A program made the position numbers and the translations under genes. Under the pieces are notes generated by a model. It searched no databases. It was not told the origin of the DNA and worked only from the letters and a program-made list of their open reading frames with translations. Of a stretch of DNA of 64,000 nt, positions 51,400 to 63,489 are shown piece after piece. Positions within the stretch are counted from its first letter, which is position 1; each line of letters starts with the position of its first letter. Source of the stretch: Dicyema japonicum (lineage: Eukaryota; Animalia; Dicyemida); contig RDEW01000012.1 of assembly GCA_011109175.1 (NCBI GenBank), positions 1,153,220-1,217,219 of the forward strand, given 5' to 3'.

Positions 51400-53900
51400 A
51401 TTCAAGTTAAACAACATGTATAAAATCTTAGTGGACTTTCAAAAAATGTCTCGTGGCTCACCTACGATGTGGTGGCATTGCACAATTTATGCGAAAAAGA
51501 GCCGCAAAATCCCTGTCCCTTTTTCATTGAGACGTGGATGGTGTCGTGCATTACTATTTATTTCCAGCGATGTCAAACCGAATCCAGGATGCCATTGATT
51601 ATTGCCCAAATCAACATAAATGGAATTCGAACAAAGATTATTGAACTTAGACGATTTTTCATTCCAACTCAGTGGATTTCGCTTTAATTCAAGAGTCAAA
51701 GCTTACTCATAAAGATTCAACTCCAACGATTCCTGGATATTACGTGCTCCGGAAAGACCGAAAATTTGGAAGAGGTGGAGGCTTACTTACCATTATCCAT
51801 AATCAGATTAATGTTGTGGACCTTTCAAATTACACATCAAGCTTATCGACACTGAAGATCCATTAGAACAACTCACAGTGAAAATAAAGTTACAAACAAC
51901 ATTGACGACTTGGCAATCCTTAACAACAGGAATAAACACACAAGAACTCCTTCAAGAAATGGTGACTCTCCAACCTTACCAGATCTGACTCTTGCTGCCC
52001 CATCAATTGCTTCGACTATTACATGGGACGTCATCCACGATTTGCACACAGATCACAATCCAATACTATTGAAAATCCTGGGAAAGCACAAGATTTATGG
52101 AACTCGCAATACTTTCATCGACTCACGTGCGAATTGGCTTGAGTACATTATTTTTATTGAAGACTCCCTATCCTCTTTCCGAATAGAGAACTTTTTCACA
52201 TAAATTCGACACAGAAACGAGGGTCCTTATTGCAAGAAGAAATAAACTAAAAAACTATAGATAAAACAACATCCTTGAATACTGAATTTACAGATCTGAA
52301 TAAGGAAATTACCAAAAGGATCAGAAATAAAAAAAATGGGAGGCTGCTTTGATGTCTGTAAACAGACACACAAAGACATCATCCTTATGGAGAACACTAC
52401 GAAAACTCAAACAGATTCCCATGCAACATACACTAGGAATTAATCCTGACACACTTATGAAATTTTATGTCATTTTAAGCCACAAACCATATTTAAAACT
52501 GGATCATCAACCGAAACTCAAGATAAAAAAAATATCCATACATCGAATATTTCAAACCACTGGAGGTACTTCATGCAATTAAATACATGAAAAATACAAA
52601 ATCCAGAGGGGCGGATGACATTTCAATAACTGAATTGAAACACTTGGGGCCAATAGCAATCGATGCCCTTACTGAGATTTTCAATTACTCAGTGAATAGA
52701 AATGAGATTCCCTCATTATGGAAAAATCACTACATCCAATACCTAAAAAAGAACAAAGCCTTAGACGACCCCCGGAGTTATCGTCCAATATCGATTCTTT
52801 GTGGCTTTTCAAGAACATTGAAAAATTAATCCTTCACAAGATTAGTCATTCGCTTGATCTTGCAAGTTTCCAACATGGCTTCAGATCGGGATACTCAACA
52901 CATCCAACAAAACTAACTCAGTTCATTTCGGATGGACTGAGCTACTCAAAACCACATAAAAGAACGGTACTTGTCTCTCTGGATATCGAGAAGGCGTTTG
53001 ATTCGGTACCGAGGAAAACTCTAACGACAAAAATTTTTGACACCGACATCCGTCCGAAAATCCAGATGTGGCTGGCCAAGTTGTCATAAATAATAGAAAA
53101 TCAAGACAAAGATACCTCCCCAACGGGGTCCCTCAAGGATCATTTATCACCAACCTTGTTCAATTTATTTACAAGAGACCTTCCAAATCCAACATCCAAA
53201 ATACCATTCTTCTGTCTTATGCCGACGATCTCATTGTCGCAGCAAGACCATAAAGAATCTGCACGAAGGGTTCTAGAAACCCTCGATATTATGAACCCAT
53301 GGTTCCTCAAAAACCACATGAAAATATCCCATTGGAAGTCGAGCACTGCGATTATCTCCTCCTACAGGAACATGCATCTTTCGATCCTAAATTAACTCGG
53401 AATGGAGAGCTTATCCCAGTTAATAAGAACCCATCAATCCTTGGAGTTACATATGACCTGTTGATGACGTTCACACATCATGTGGACACAATAATTTCAA
53501 AAGTTCAAAAAAATGGGGACCTTTGCTAGATCGCCAATATCTTCACCTTCTCATCTCAAATTATTATACAAACAGTATATTCTATCGACAATGGAACATG
53601 CATGTACGCCGTGGATTACACCCTTGTCCACGCAGAACAAATTAGAGGTCAGACAAAACCAATGTCTCCGGATCCTTCTTAAATGTGACAGAATGACGTC
53701 CACGTCAGAAATGAGGAAACAAATTAGATCTCAAAAAGTTATGAAACATTTGGTAGCGAACAATAAAAATTCTTGAAAATGGTGCGATCTTCTGGTAACC
53801 CCTTGAAGATGAGTTTCTTGCCTACCAGAAGTATGCTCGCAAATTTGAGATCAAACCTTCTCCCTTTTGGACGATTATAAAAAATTGCAGACAAAGTCGA
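51400..53900 (+). mobile_element. Jockey/I-group-like APE LINE, near full-length ORF2 but heavily frameshifted, with N-terminal 2A-like motif
   Basis: LIIAQININGIR; FALIQESKL; DR..GRGGGL; DHNPI; SRGADDIS; YRPIS; DIEKAFDSV; GVPQG; YADD; ILGVTYD. Confidence 0.9.
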
Positions 53901-53929
53901 AATAAAGGAGGACGCACTGACACCGGGAT

Positions 53930-54716
53930 CACTTAATTAAATGATAACTTCTTCCTCTTTCCTGTGTTCCCGGGGTTATAATAATGATAAAATCTTAGTG
54001 GTTGTAAAAGAAAATACGAACAGTGATGGTAGTTCAAATTGTCAAAATAATTTGAATATAATCAATACGACTCCAAAAACAAGAAAATATTGTCCTTCCT
54101 ACTTATCGTTAGGATTCACACGTATTATTGTTGATTCCTTTGAAATACTCAGTTTGCTTTTTTCAAGACACCTTCAGCAGATAGTGAGGTCATGCAATTA
54201 AGAGGACATTTTGAAACGATTTATTCTGAATATATACAAAGTTCCAAGAATTTTTAAAAGAAAATTAGAAGAGTTCGACAAAGTTTCTTACAGAATTCCA
54301 AAATGTAAGCGCAATTTCGGAGAACCTCTAGTTTTTCCAGCAGCTATGATGCGGTTGAAGCAGTGTTTGGCGATTCTTATGCTAAACAATTACGGCAAAT
54401 ATTCTTTCTGATACCACAATGAAGAATTGATGACATATCTGAAGATTTTAGTGATCAGTCTGTTTTTCTACTACGCAATAATACAAGTTGATGAGGGAAC
54501 TGGCATAACTCAAGATGAAAGGTTTGTTGCCATATGTTACCTCATATTTACGCGAAACTGGATTTTCTGGATTAAATGAACTCGATTATTAGTGCATGAT
54601 GAGTTACGAGTAGCACTCTCCTCAATGACACCGGGATTTCAAAAACTTTGTGTCAAAAATGAAAAAAATTATAATTTTTTCTAAGGGAGGCGTGTAAAAA
54701 AGCTTGAAAACCTCTG
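53930..54716 (+). mobile_element. hAT remnant
   Basis: RKYCPSYLSLGF N-terminus; 3' TIR GCTTGAAAACCTCTG ending at 54716. Confidence 0.6.
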
Positions 54717-54739
54717 CTCTGCAACAGTCGTATCCTTAC

Positions 54740-55400
54740 ACTTGGTCTCGTTAAACACAAGATCTTCAATAGTCTTCCTTCTCTCTGGAAGGACCTGACG
54801 TTAACCGAAAGATGTTGAGTATCATGCTGCAATAACCTGTTACCATGCGATGGATAGTGCTTACATCAGCAACCAATCCAGAGGAGGGTGCAAGCTTTCT
54901 TCCCTGTAGAACCTTATCCGATCTTTCTGATACAGGGGCATCTTGTCTGGCTTTCCCTGTGTCATTCCCTGCCACAGTTCACACACTTGAGAGACCTGTC
55001 TTTTGGCTGACAAGACTTCCGCGAATGTGGTTCCCCGCAATTTTGACACTTCTCTTTATAATTTGCAGGGGAGTTGGTGTGGCCGAATCCTTGACATTTG
55101 TAGCAGTGGATTGCTACGGGTTGTTTTCGGGCCACACCGAACCTAAAGTAGCCGATATGTAGCCTATAGACCTGTAGTCTTCTTCCTGAAGCGTCTTCCT
55201 CCTTTTGAACTCTTCCGCAACGACTGGGATTCTCAAGTTTTAGAGCCATTTGTGGTTTTGTCTAATTCGAGACTTCTTCTTCCTCCCTACATCCATACTT
55301 GGCGAGATCATGGATGGGGTTGGATCTACCTTTTTAACTTGAAGGGCTAGAGCTATCTTGTGAACGGGAACGTCGATCCTCTACCGCGACTACTTGAAAA
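54740..55400 (-). mobile_element. LINE ORF1 (gag-like, three zinc knuckles) remnant
   Basis: HCYKCQGFGH...KCQNCGEPH...KCVNCG. Confidence 0.75.
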
Positions 55401-56084
55401 TACAAAACCAGAGTCATTCCATCTGTTTAATGCTATTTCGTAGTAGATGTTCATACCAATTATGGATGGATTGCTTTTAGGGGGTGGATAAACTAGGTGT
55501 TTTTTTACTGTCCCCAACCATGATGAGCAGAGAAACTGCTGTTATTAAGGGACATAGGAAGCGACCACCCTCCAAAACTACTGTCCGTTTACCTAACGAC
55601 AGAATATTACCCAAATATCTACGTGGGCTAGGAGGTCTGAACAGAGCCCACTACAAAGCTAATATGGGGATTCGATAGAACATGCTGTGCTTGGCTCAGA
55701 GACTCGATCTCGCAAGGAATTATTTAGGGAATTGGTTCCAACATACTTGAGAAGATATACTCCTGACATTTTCACATCTGGGACGGATCAGAGTTTTGGC
55801 TCTCCTCACCTGACCAGCTTGGGGATATCATCAATCAAATCCTCTCCTAACCAGGACCATCAATGACAACTCCATAAAAAGTCAAAAATGTCACTTGAAA
55901 GATATAATACCTCATGGTCCCTTGGTGGTCTAGACTGCAACCAAATTTACTAAAAATTGATTAATACATATGGAATACGAATATGAATTTTTTCAAAAAT
56001 TTTATTGCATTTTTGAGAAATCGTATTCCCCCTCCCCTTAAAACCAATATCGTTAAGAGAAATAATAAAAAATTATCAGACTAC

Positions 56085-56345
56085 GGGTATTGACTCATTT
56101 TGGCAGGAATAGGAAATTCAAGGAAATTCAAGTCTATTGAGTAGAAAATTCAAGAGCATAAATTAATGATGTCATTAGAAGTTGAAATTTCTGCTAGTCA
56201 AAGCAGATGTAGGAGACAAAATCGCCAATCACTCCAATACTGACTATAAACCAACGGAACAGATATCTCGCCGAGTTATTCGATTTAAGGCTCTATTCTG
56301 AAAGATTTAGTGGACATAACGGTGTATCAAATAGATAACGATATG
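56085..56345 (+). mobile_element. Second Ginger-like integrase remnant
   Basis: HFGRN...INDVIRS.NFC.SKQ...SPITPILT...YLAELFDLRLYS, homologous to 8170-8400. Confidence 0.6.
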
Positions 56346-56367
56346 AGAGATTTTTTTAAATAAAAGA

Positions 56368-56560
56368 CGATAGGGATAGACTTAGAGATAGAGAGAGATG
56401 AGGGATAGACTTAGGGTTAGGGATATACATTGTGATAAGGATAGAATTAGGGTTAGGGATAGGGATATACCTTAGGATGAGGATAGACTTAGAGTTAGGG
56501 TCAGGGATAGGGTTAGGGATAGATCTTGGGATATGGATAGACTTAAGGTTAGGGATAGAC
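56368..56560 (+). repeat. Degenerate TTAGGG/GATAGG hexamer array
   Basis: gatagggatagacttagggttagggatatac... with 6-nt periodicity. Confidence 0.85.
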
Positions 56561-57351
56561 CTAGGAATGTGTTCCGTATATATTTACGTTCAATTATCAT
56601 AAGACTTAAATCCCTGTCGAAGAATAATTAATTTGTTATTTTTATTGCTATAAAAAAGATTTAATTTAATTTTTTAGAAAAAACTATATACATTATTTTC
56701 AGTAAAGTCGGTTCTAGTGACGTTTTATTCTGTTATTGAAAATATAGAAAAGAGCTTAAGATTTAAAATAAAAGGTTAAAATTATTATATCAATAGAAGA
56801 CAAAAAGATTTGTAAAAATGGAAAAAAATCTACCGGGGACCATCTACTGTATATGCACACCAACGTACCGTGACATAGTATATAAGCCATAATCTGCGCA
56901 TGACCGTCGTCTCCTTGAACGTTTCTTTATTTATTTAATTTAAAAGCCAATTTTAATCTACTTTGTGCTATATAGTCGACTTAGTGCTGGACGCTTCCAT
57001 ATGTCTTTGATGTTTTCCTCGGGCAGGAGAAAGCTTCTATGGAATCAATGATAATAGATTCGTGTGGTGGATGTAAAGAGTGCGACTTGTCTCTTAGGAG
57101 GAAGTGCTTCAAAACGTTGTGCTATGGTCCTCCTTGTTCCTCTGTCATGGGTTATCTCCAAGTCATCCATAAATGGGGACTAATTAATTGCTAGACTATA
57201 GAATCATGTTAATCTATCATTCTACACGTGCGTCTTATGACAGATGATCTCCCAAGTACTTCTAATCTTTGACTGAAGGGATCAACCGGATCCTATGTGC
57301 ACCCTTATAATCAGAACTTCAGGTATCTGATGTCTCCCAAATCCATCACCT

Positions 57352-58862
57352 CATGGTTCCCAAATTTTTTTTAGGTGAGGCACCTTTTCTAATTTTCTAA
57401 AAATTTGAGGCACCCTAATTGTTTTTATTAATAACATCTTATATTTTTGATTTTATTTATTAAGGCAACTTAAATTAATGTGATAGTTGAAACTGTTTTT
57501 GCTTGCAGAGACCTTTAATATCCGTGGTCAGTGTGGATAGTTGCAATCTGATGTCTGAGGAAGCATCAAGCTTATTCCTGTACTTTGTTTTCGTTGAGGA
57601 ATATAGGGAAAAACCGAGCTCGCAGAGTAGGTAGTCGAAAATGGTAATAAAAAGTTATTGCTTTTTTGCCTATTTCTTCATATTTTCTGATTCAGACGGC
57701 CGTGATTTTATATAGTTTATCATTTTTATAACATATCTATAACCAATTTTAACGTTGATGGAATATCAATACATTTTCCCAACATATTTCCCGAGAAATC
57801 ATATAATCACGATTGCGTTGAATGTTTCTTGACCAGTTGTGTTTTTTTTCAAGAGATTTACGCAATAAAAAATCTTGCAGTGTAGAATCAAACAAATAAC
57901 GAACAAGAATAATAATATTGATAATCCTTCGACATCAGTTGATTCGTCAAACTGAATGAAAAATTTTCAGATTTTTTTAAGCGGGAAACTAATTGATCTT
58001 CAATGTCATTGGAAAGATCATCAATCCGTCGTTTTACAGTTTTGTTAGAAAACTGAATCGAATTAATTTTTTGAGAATTATCATCCCCATATAAGCAAGA
58101 TGAAATTTTTTTGAGACACGGTTTTATTAAAGATTCCGTGTGAGCTTCTCCATTTTTTGTAATAAGGTAACTTAAAGAGATAAATTAAAAATTATAATCA
58201 ACTTCATAATAAGATTCAGCTGCTTTTAAATTATCATCTTTTGTAAAGTTTTTAATCGAATCTTTCGATTTACTAAAAGCAGCAAGCATTTTTTCAAAAA
58301 AAATTTATCTTTGTTTTTCAATTCTTTGTGCTGAACAACGAGATATCGATGGAGCTTAGTTGGTACTAATGTCTCTTTTGACATCATTTTGTGGCACATC
58401 ATACACTCTGCTCTCTTCGAATGGTCCTCAAACGAGTCCGGTGGGGTCGAGAATCCCGAACAGCTCTTCTCATCGGACATGACATCGGCTCAAAATTTCT
58501 GTATGATTGTAGATATTTCCATAGTGTATAGAATAGAGGGCAACTCGGTAAACTAGCCTTCTTTAAGTAATTCGATTAAAAGATTTTCAATTACGTGCTT
58601 TGTGGTTGGATGTCACGTAACTCACCAAACTGGAGACATTTTAAAGAAAAGAGTTACACTGCCCCTATCCTACAAGGATGGACTGACAAGGATCATATCA
58701 ACCAACAAGAAAAATAACACGCGAAATTCAAGTAGGCGTGGAATATTATAACAAAATATTTAATTTAAATTACTTTTTTTTAAATATCATAATTTTTTGA
58801 GGCACTCCGGATCAAAAATGAGGCACCCTAGGGTGCCTCCAGACACACTTTGGGAACCACTG
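57352..58862 (-). mobile_element. Internally deleted hAT (ZBED8/SCAND3-like) inserted into a family D SINE
   Basis: TIR TGGTTCCCAAA at both ends (right end TTTGGGAACCACTG, left end eroded); AECMMCHKMMSKETLVPTKLHRYL; RNKLDASSDIRLQLS; the SINE resumes at 58863. Confidence 0.8.
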
Positions 58863-59194
58863 ACCTCACCCATGCTCACAAACTAAAGGAAGATAAGGGC
58901 TCTCATCCTTGATGAAACTACATGTGCAGCTTTTGACTGGTGATCCTTCAGATTAGAATCAAAATGAGATCCCTGTATCCGACAATTACTTCGTTCAGAA
59001 CTTCGGATGTCTCCCAAGTCCATGCTCACAAACCAAGGAAGACATGGACTTTCATGGAACAATTAACCACTGTTTACATTTTATGTTATCTCAATAATTC
59101 CTCCAAATTTGTTTATCTGTGATTTATCAAATTAGCGTTGATATGCGGTATATAAATTATTTTCGCTTCACAATGTTCGATCAATCGCTTTGAC

Positions 59195-62010
59195 ATGTCC
59201 CTAACCTCTTCTTTCCGTCGAAATGATGACCTGTGCAGAACACTTGGGGACCAATTCGAAAAAACGCTAGAAATACTAAAAAGTGCAACCAACGAACCTT
59301 CTGAACTAAAATCTGGTGGAGTAAACTGATTATCATAGAAATACTAAATTTGTGGCAAAATTTCCAAAACATTTACTAACCATTTTATCAACAAGTTGAA
59401 TTCTTCACATAAACTGATAATCATGGGTGATTGCAGGACCACAAAGCTCAGCATTCTGTCTGCAATTTTGGACAGGAAATTGAATCTTCACGAGGAAACC
59501 AAATTCATGACCTTCCCAGTCACATCCGAAGACGAAGAAACCACAACAAGCCATAACGTGGGATTTGTTATGACAATTAGATCGTGTATTGTGGTCACTA
59601 TACACGTGCCTCTTTTATCAAGTATTTTTTCGAAAATATTTCCACCGCATACAACTGGAAGTTGGAATCAGTGATCGTGATTTGTGTCCTTACCAAAGAC
59701 CTCTCCCTCTCCGAGACCGTATCATGTATGGCCACTTTTAGGACCAAGAAATCATAGAAATGTTCAAATACAACAACGACGAGTTCAGTTTTTTATGCTT
59801 TACCCCCCACAACACCGAGAGAACTACAAAAAGCATGAACAAGTGCATAACGAGTAAACTGCGGGAATCGCTTCCACCCTACAAGTACAACGAATACTCA
59901 ACCAAAGCTTTAAAATCACGGAATTTCAAGTGAATGGGCGAAATCTGTGCTATTGCTGGGATCGTAACAAAATTGTCTCTCATTGCCATTGGAACATTAA
60001 CACAAACTCCCAAAAAACCAAAAGATTGGTAAAATATTACGTGGACCAATGCCTGAGTCTTCGACTCGCTTCGATAGCCACGAATTGTCTCTGATTCAGG
60101 ATCGGTTTATCATTTTATTATATTTTGACCAAATTTAGTTGTCTGAGGTGTTTCACCAGTGTAGCCTACTTGCTGACTCACAGTATGTCCTTTACCCCCA
60201 AAAGGTTCGCATACGTCAAAGAAAGGGAACAAAATTTATTCAAGATTTTGCTAAGAAAAATGAACGGGACGAAATCTGAGTTCACGAAGAGCGTCGAAAA
60301 GGTCATCAACGCACAGAAGATGACCCTAACGACTAAGATAACCAAGAAAATCCTCCAAAGTTGTCGAAATTACAAATTTAGTAAAAAAACACAACTCAAT
60401 ACATTCATCAACCACAAGGAAGCTGGGAACATAGTCGAAGGGATCATCGACCTAATCACCGAGGAGTTGGGAATGGTGGCTCGCTGTTGTATAAAGGATC
60501 ACATGAAGACTCTCAATGACACCTTCGTTGGTTTACTGTTATTTTAAACAAAGACACCATCGAACGGTCCATTGCCAACCTAAGTCAGGAATGCGGGCAT
60601 TCGTCAGCATCTGCCGCCGCTATGAGACAAGTATGGGTCATTTGCATCTCAGATCGTTAACTTGTGCTATGACATCAACGTGGATGCTGAATACTCCTCC
60701 TTTTTTAACTGGTTTGCCGATAAAGTAGTCAAAGTGAGTGGAATCATAATATGTAGTTGTGCTGGTCGGTCTCCTGGTGGTTCACTCCGATTTACACCAA
60801 TGAGCTTTGGCTGCATAAAACAACTGAAAAGTTGCTGAAATTAACCAGTGCCAGCAGGTTTGGCAAAAGTCGTTAAAAAAGGTTTGTCAAAAAAATCTGC
60901 GACAATTTTCGAACCAAACTGATTAACTCCCATAATACGTTCCTCCAAAGCATCCATAAAATGGAGACACAGTATCTTGGCCAAGCGGAGAAGGATTCAC
61001 TATTTTGGAAAAAGATCAACAAGTCGTTGGTACCCAAACTAAGCTACTTTCACCTAAAGAGCACATCCATGCGTGATCAGGCCATTCGGGGTAAGCCTGA
61101 GTGTTACCCTCAAGGGAAAGGCCAACTTTGTGAAGAATTAGGACGAGGGCAATACGGGGTTGTTTATTTTTGCGAAAACTGGGGGAATTTACTTCGTGTG
61201 CTGTAAAGACCTTAGCTCCACCTGATGAAAGACATCTTTTGGACGTCTGCATAGAAATTTATTATGCAAGGTACTTGTGAGCAACTGATCAAGGTCATTG
61301 CCCAGTCATGAGCGGTTGGTCTCTGTGTTGGGGACGGTTGTTAGTGAAGACGACACGTGGGTGCGTATATTCTACAATAAATATGAGATGGACCTGAACA
61401 AGGCTTTGAAGCAAAAAAATGTCCCTGAATTAAGGTAAGATCTTTCTGACACACAGACTGGGGGTTGCTTTGGAAATTGTAGAAGGGATCCGATTTATTC
61501 ATAGTCGGGGTCACATTCACAGGGACATCAAACTTAACAACGTTATGGTAGTAACTGAATGCTGATTTTAGCTTGATTCTCATTTTCATGCAAAACTGAC
61601 TGACTTTGGTTTCTGCAAACCCGTGTCGATGATATCGGGGACGATTGTTGGGACACCGATTCATATGTCCCCGAACTACTTAGCGGAAAATACGGGAATA
61701 GAGTGGACATTTTTGCATTTGGGATACTTTTTTGGTTGTTCATTTATGGTTACCGTGATAGGTATTTGTGTTCCGGCCATTGCACGATGCCCAATGTGTA
61801 CCAGCAGTGTGACTCGGTCCCCGAGTTGTGGAGTATGGTCAGTCGAGGTTTTTTGCTCGTTCAATCTCAGGTCAAAGACCAGAACGACTGTCTTCATTTG
61901 ATGATGAGACGTGGCAATTAATGGAAGACTGTTGGTCATCGGATCCCTCCTACCGTCCACACATTGGAGAGGTTGAACAAAGGCTTAGGATATTTATAAT
62001 AAAATTATAA
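59195..62010 (+). CDS. DSTYK: Dual serine/threonine and tyrosine kinase, multi-exon, with several apparent 1-nt frameshifts
   Basis: [13 protein letters not shown]; [10 protein letters not shown]|LD; [22 protein letters not shown]; [22 protein letters not shown]; the N-terminus also resembles DSTYK. Introns at 59719-59741, 61271-61293, 61435-61456, 61548-61571, 61735-61761 and 61848-61870. Confidence 0.88.
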
Positions 62011-62161
62011 ACAATAATACTAAATGACAATTTATACTTTTATATTTTATATTTCTTTTTTTATTTATTTTATTTAAATAAATAAACTAGTCAGTTTTTT
62101 GGTTGTGTTATATCAGCTGAAATGAAAAATTACACAGATCACGATAGCACCAAACTAACTA

Positions 62162-63489
62162 CAGTCAGACCCCGAATTGGGGCAGACCCCAGGGGTGGGG
62201 CACCCTCGGATTTTGGGCATTTTTTTATTGGCCAACATTTGGCAGAGTAAATGGAAAATCGATAAAAAATATGGAAATTTTGGGCACTATAAAATTGTGG
62301 GGAATGAAATTATAAGTAAAAAATTATATTTTATTAATAAATATATAATTTTAATTTACACGTTCATTTACATTTCTGTTGTGAATGGTTATCAACTACG
62401 AAACAAAATTAACGATTGCTAAATTGATATTGAAGAACAAATCATCTGAAAGACAGATAATTAAAAAATACAAAATTAGTAAAGGCATGATTTCGCGAAT
62501 AAAAAAAAACAATTGTACCTTTTCTTGAACAAGTACTATAAACACGGATGAGGAAACTATGCTTATTGTGAGAAATCTAAATTCAATAATCAAGTTTTTG
62601 AAATATTTCATAACTACGCGAAGATAAGGTTCCAATATCAGGTCCTTTCATAAAGAAAATTGCTTTATATACGGCTTCAAAAATTGGATTTGATACTTTC
62701 AAAGCTTCAAACGGCTGGCTTGACAGATTTAAAATGCTGGATGACTGGAAATATTTTTATGAGCTGGTTGACTCGGATAAATGAAAGATTTTATACAATC
62801 AACAGAAAAGTATTAATATTGCTTGATAATGCGAGATGTCATAAAACTATTGAATGCTCTATATTGAGTTTTTATTTTTGCCAAAAAATACAAAACGTAT
62901 TTGCAACGATTGGATATGGGAATTATCAAGACTTTAAAGATTATTACTCAAATTATCTGATTCAGTATTTGTGTTTTGAGGAGGATGATGATGAATTCAA
63001 ACGGTTGATAAACAAAATAAACTTCGTCATGTAATGCTGCTAATTTCTAAAAGCTGGGAAAAACTTGATCCAAGTTTAATATTTAATTGTCGGAATCAAA
63101 TTGAAAAGATTTGTGATTCTCTAAAAATTGAAGATACCATTACAGAAGAAATGATCAACAATGCCGTAGACGAAACATTGAATGGGAAAGTGACGAATTC
63201 GTTGATAATATTTACAACGAAAGTTTAGAAAAATAACATGGAAACAATTCTAAGAGAAACGCAAGATTCTCTTGATCAGTTAGAGAAGAAAATTTTTTAC
63301 ATATCTCCTGAAATGCTCAAAGAATTTTTCGATTTTCGACTTAATTTTATAAAAAATGTAAGAAGTAAAAGGATAACTGGGGATAAATTAACTGATTATT
63401 TTTCTAAAATTGATTTTTGATGTTTAAAATCTCTGTTTTATTAAACCCCTGTTTTTGGGGCACTTGGTGCCCAATTCGGGGTCGGACTG
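62162..63489 (+). mobile_element. Tigger/pogo (DDE_1) transposon, internally deleted
   Basis: TIRs CAGTCAGACCCCGAATTGGG and CAGTCCGACCCCGAATTGGG; TA TSDs (62160-62161, 63490-63491); FKASNGWLDRFK HTH; RKVLILLDNARCH. Confidence 0.93.
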
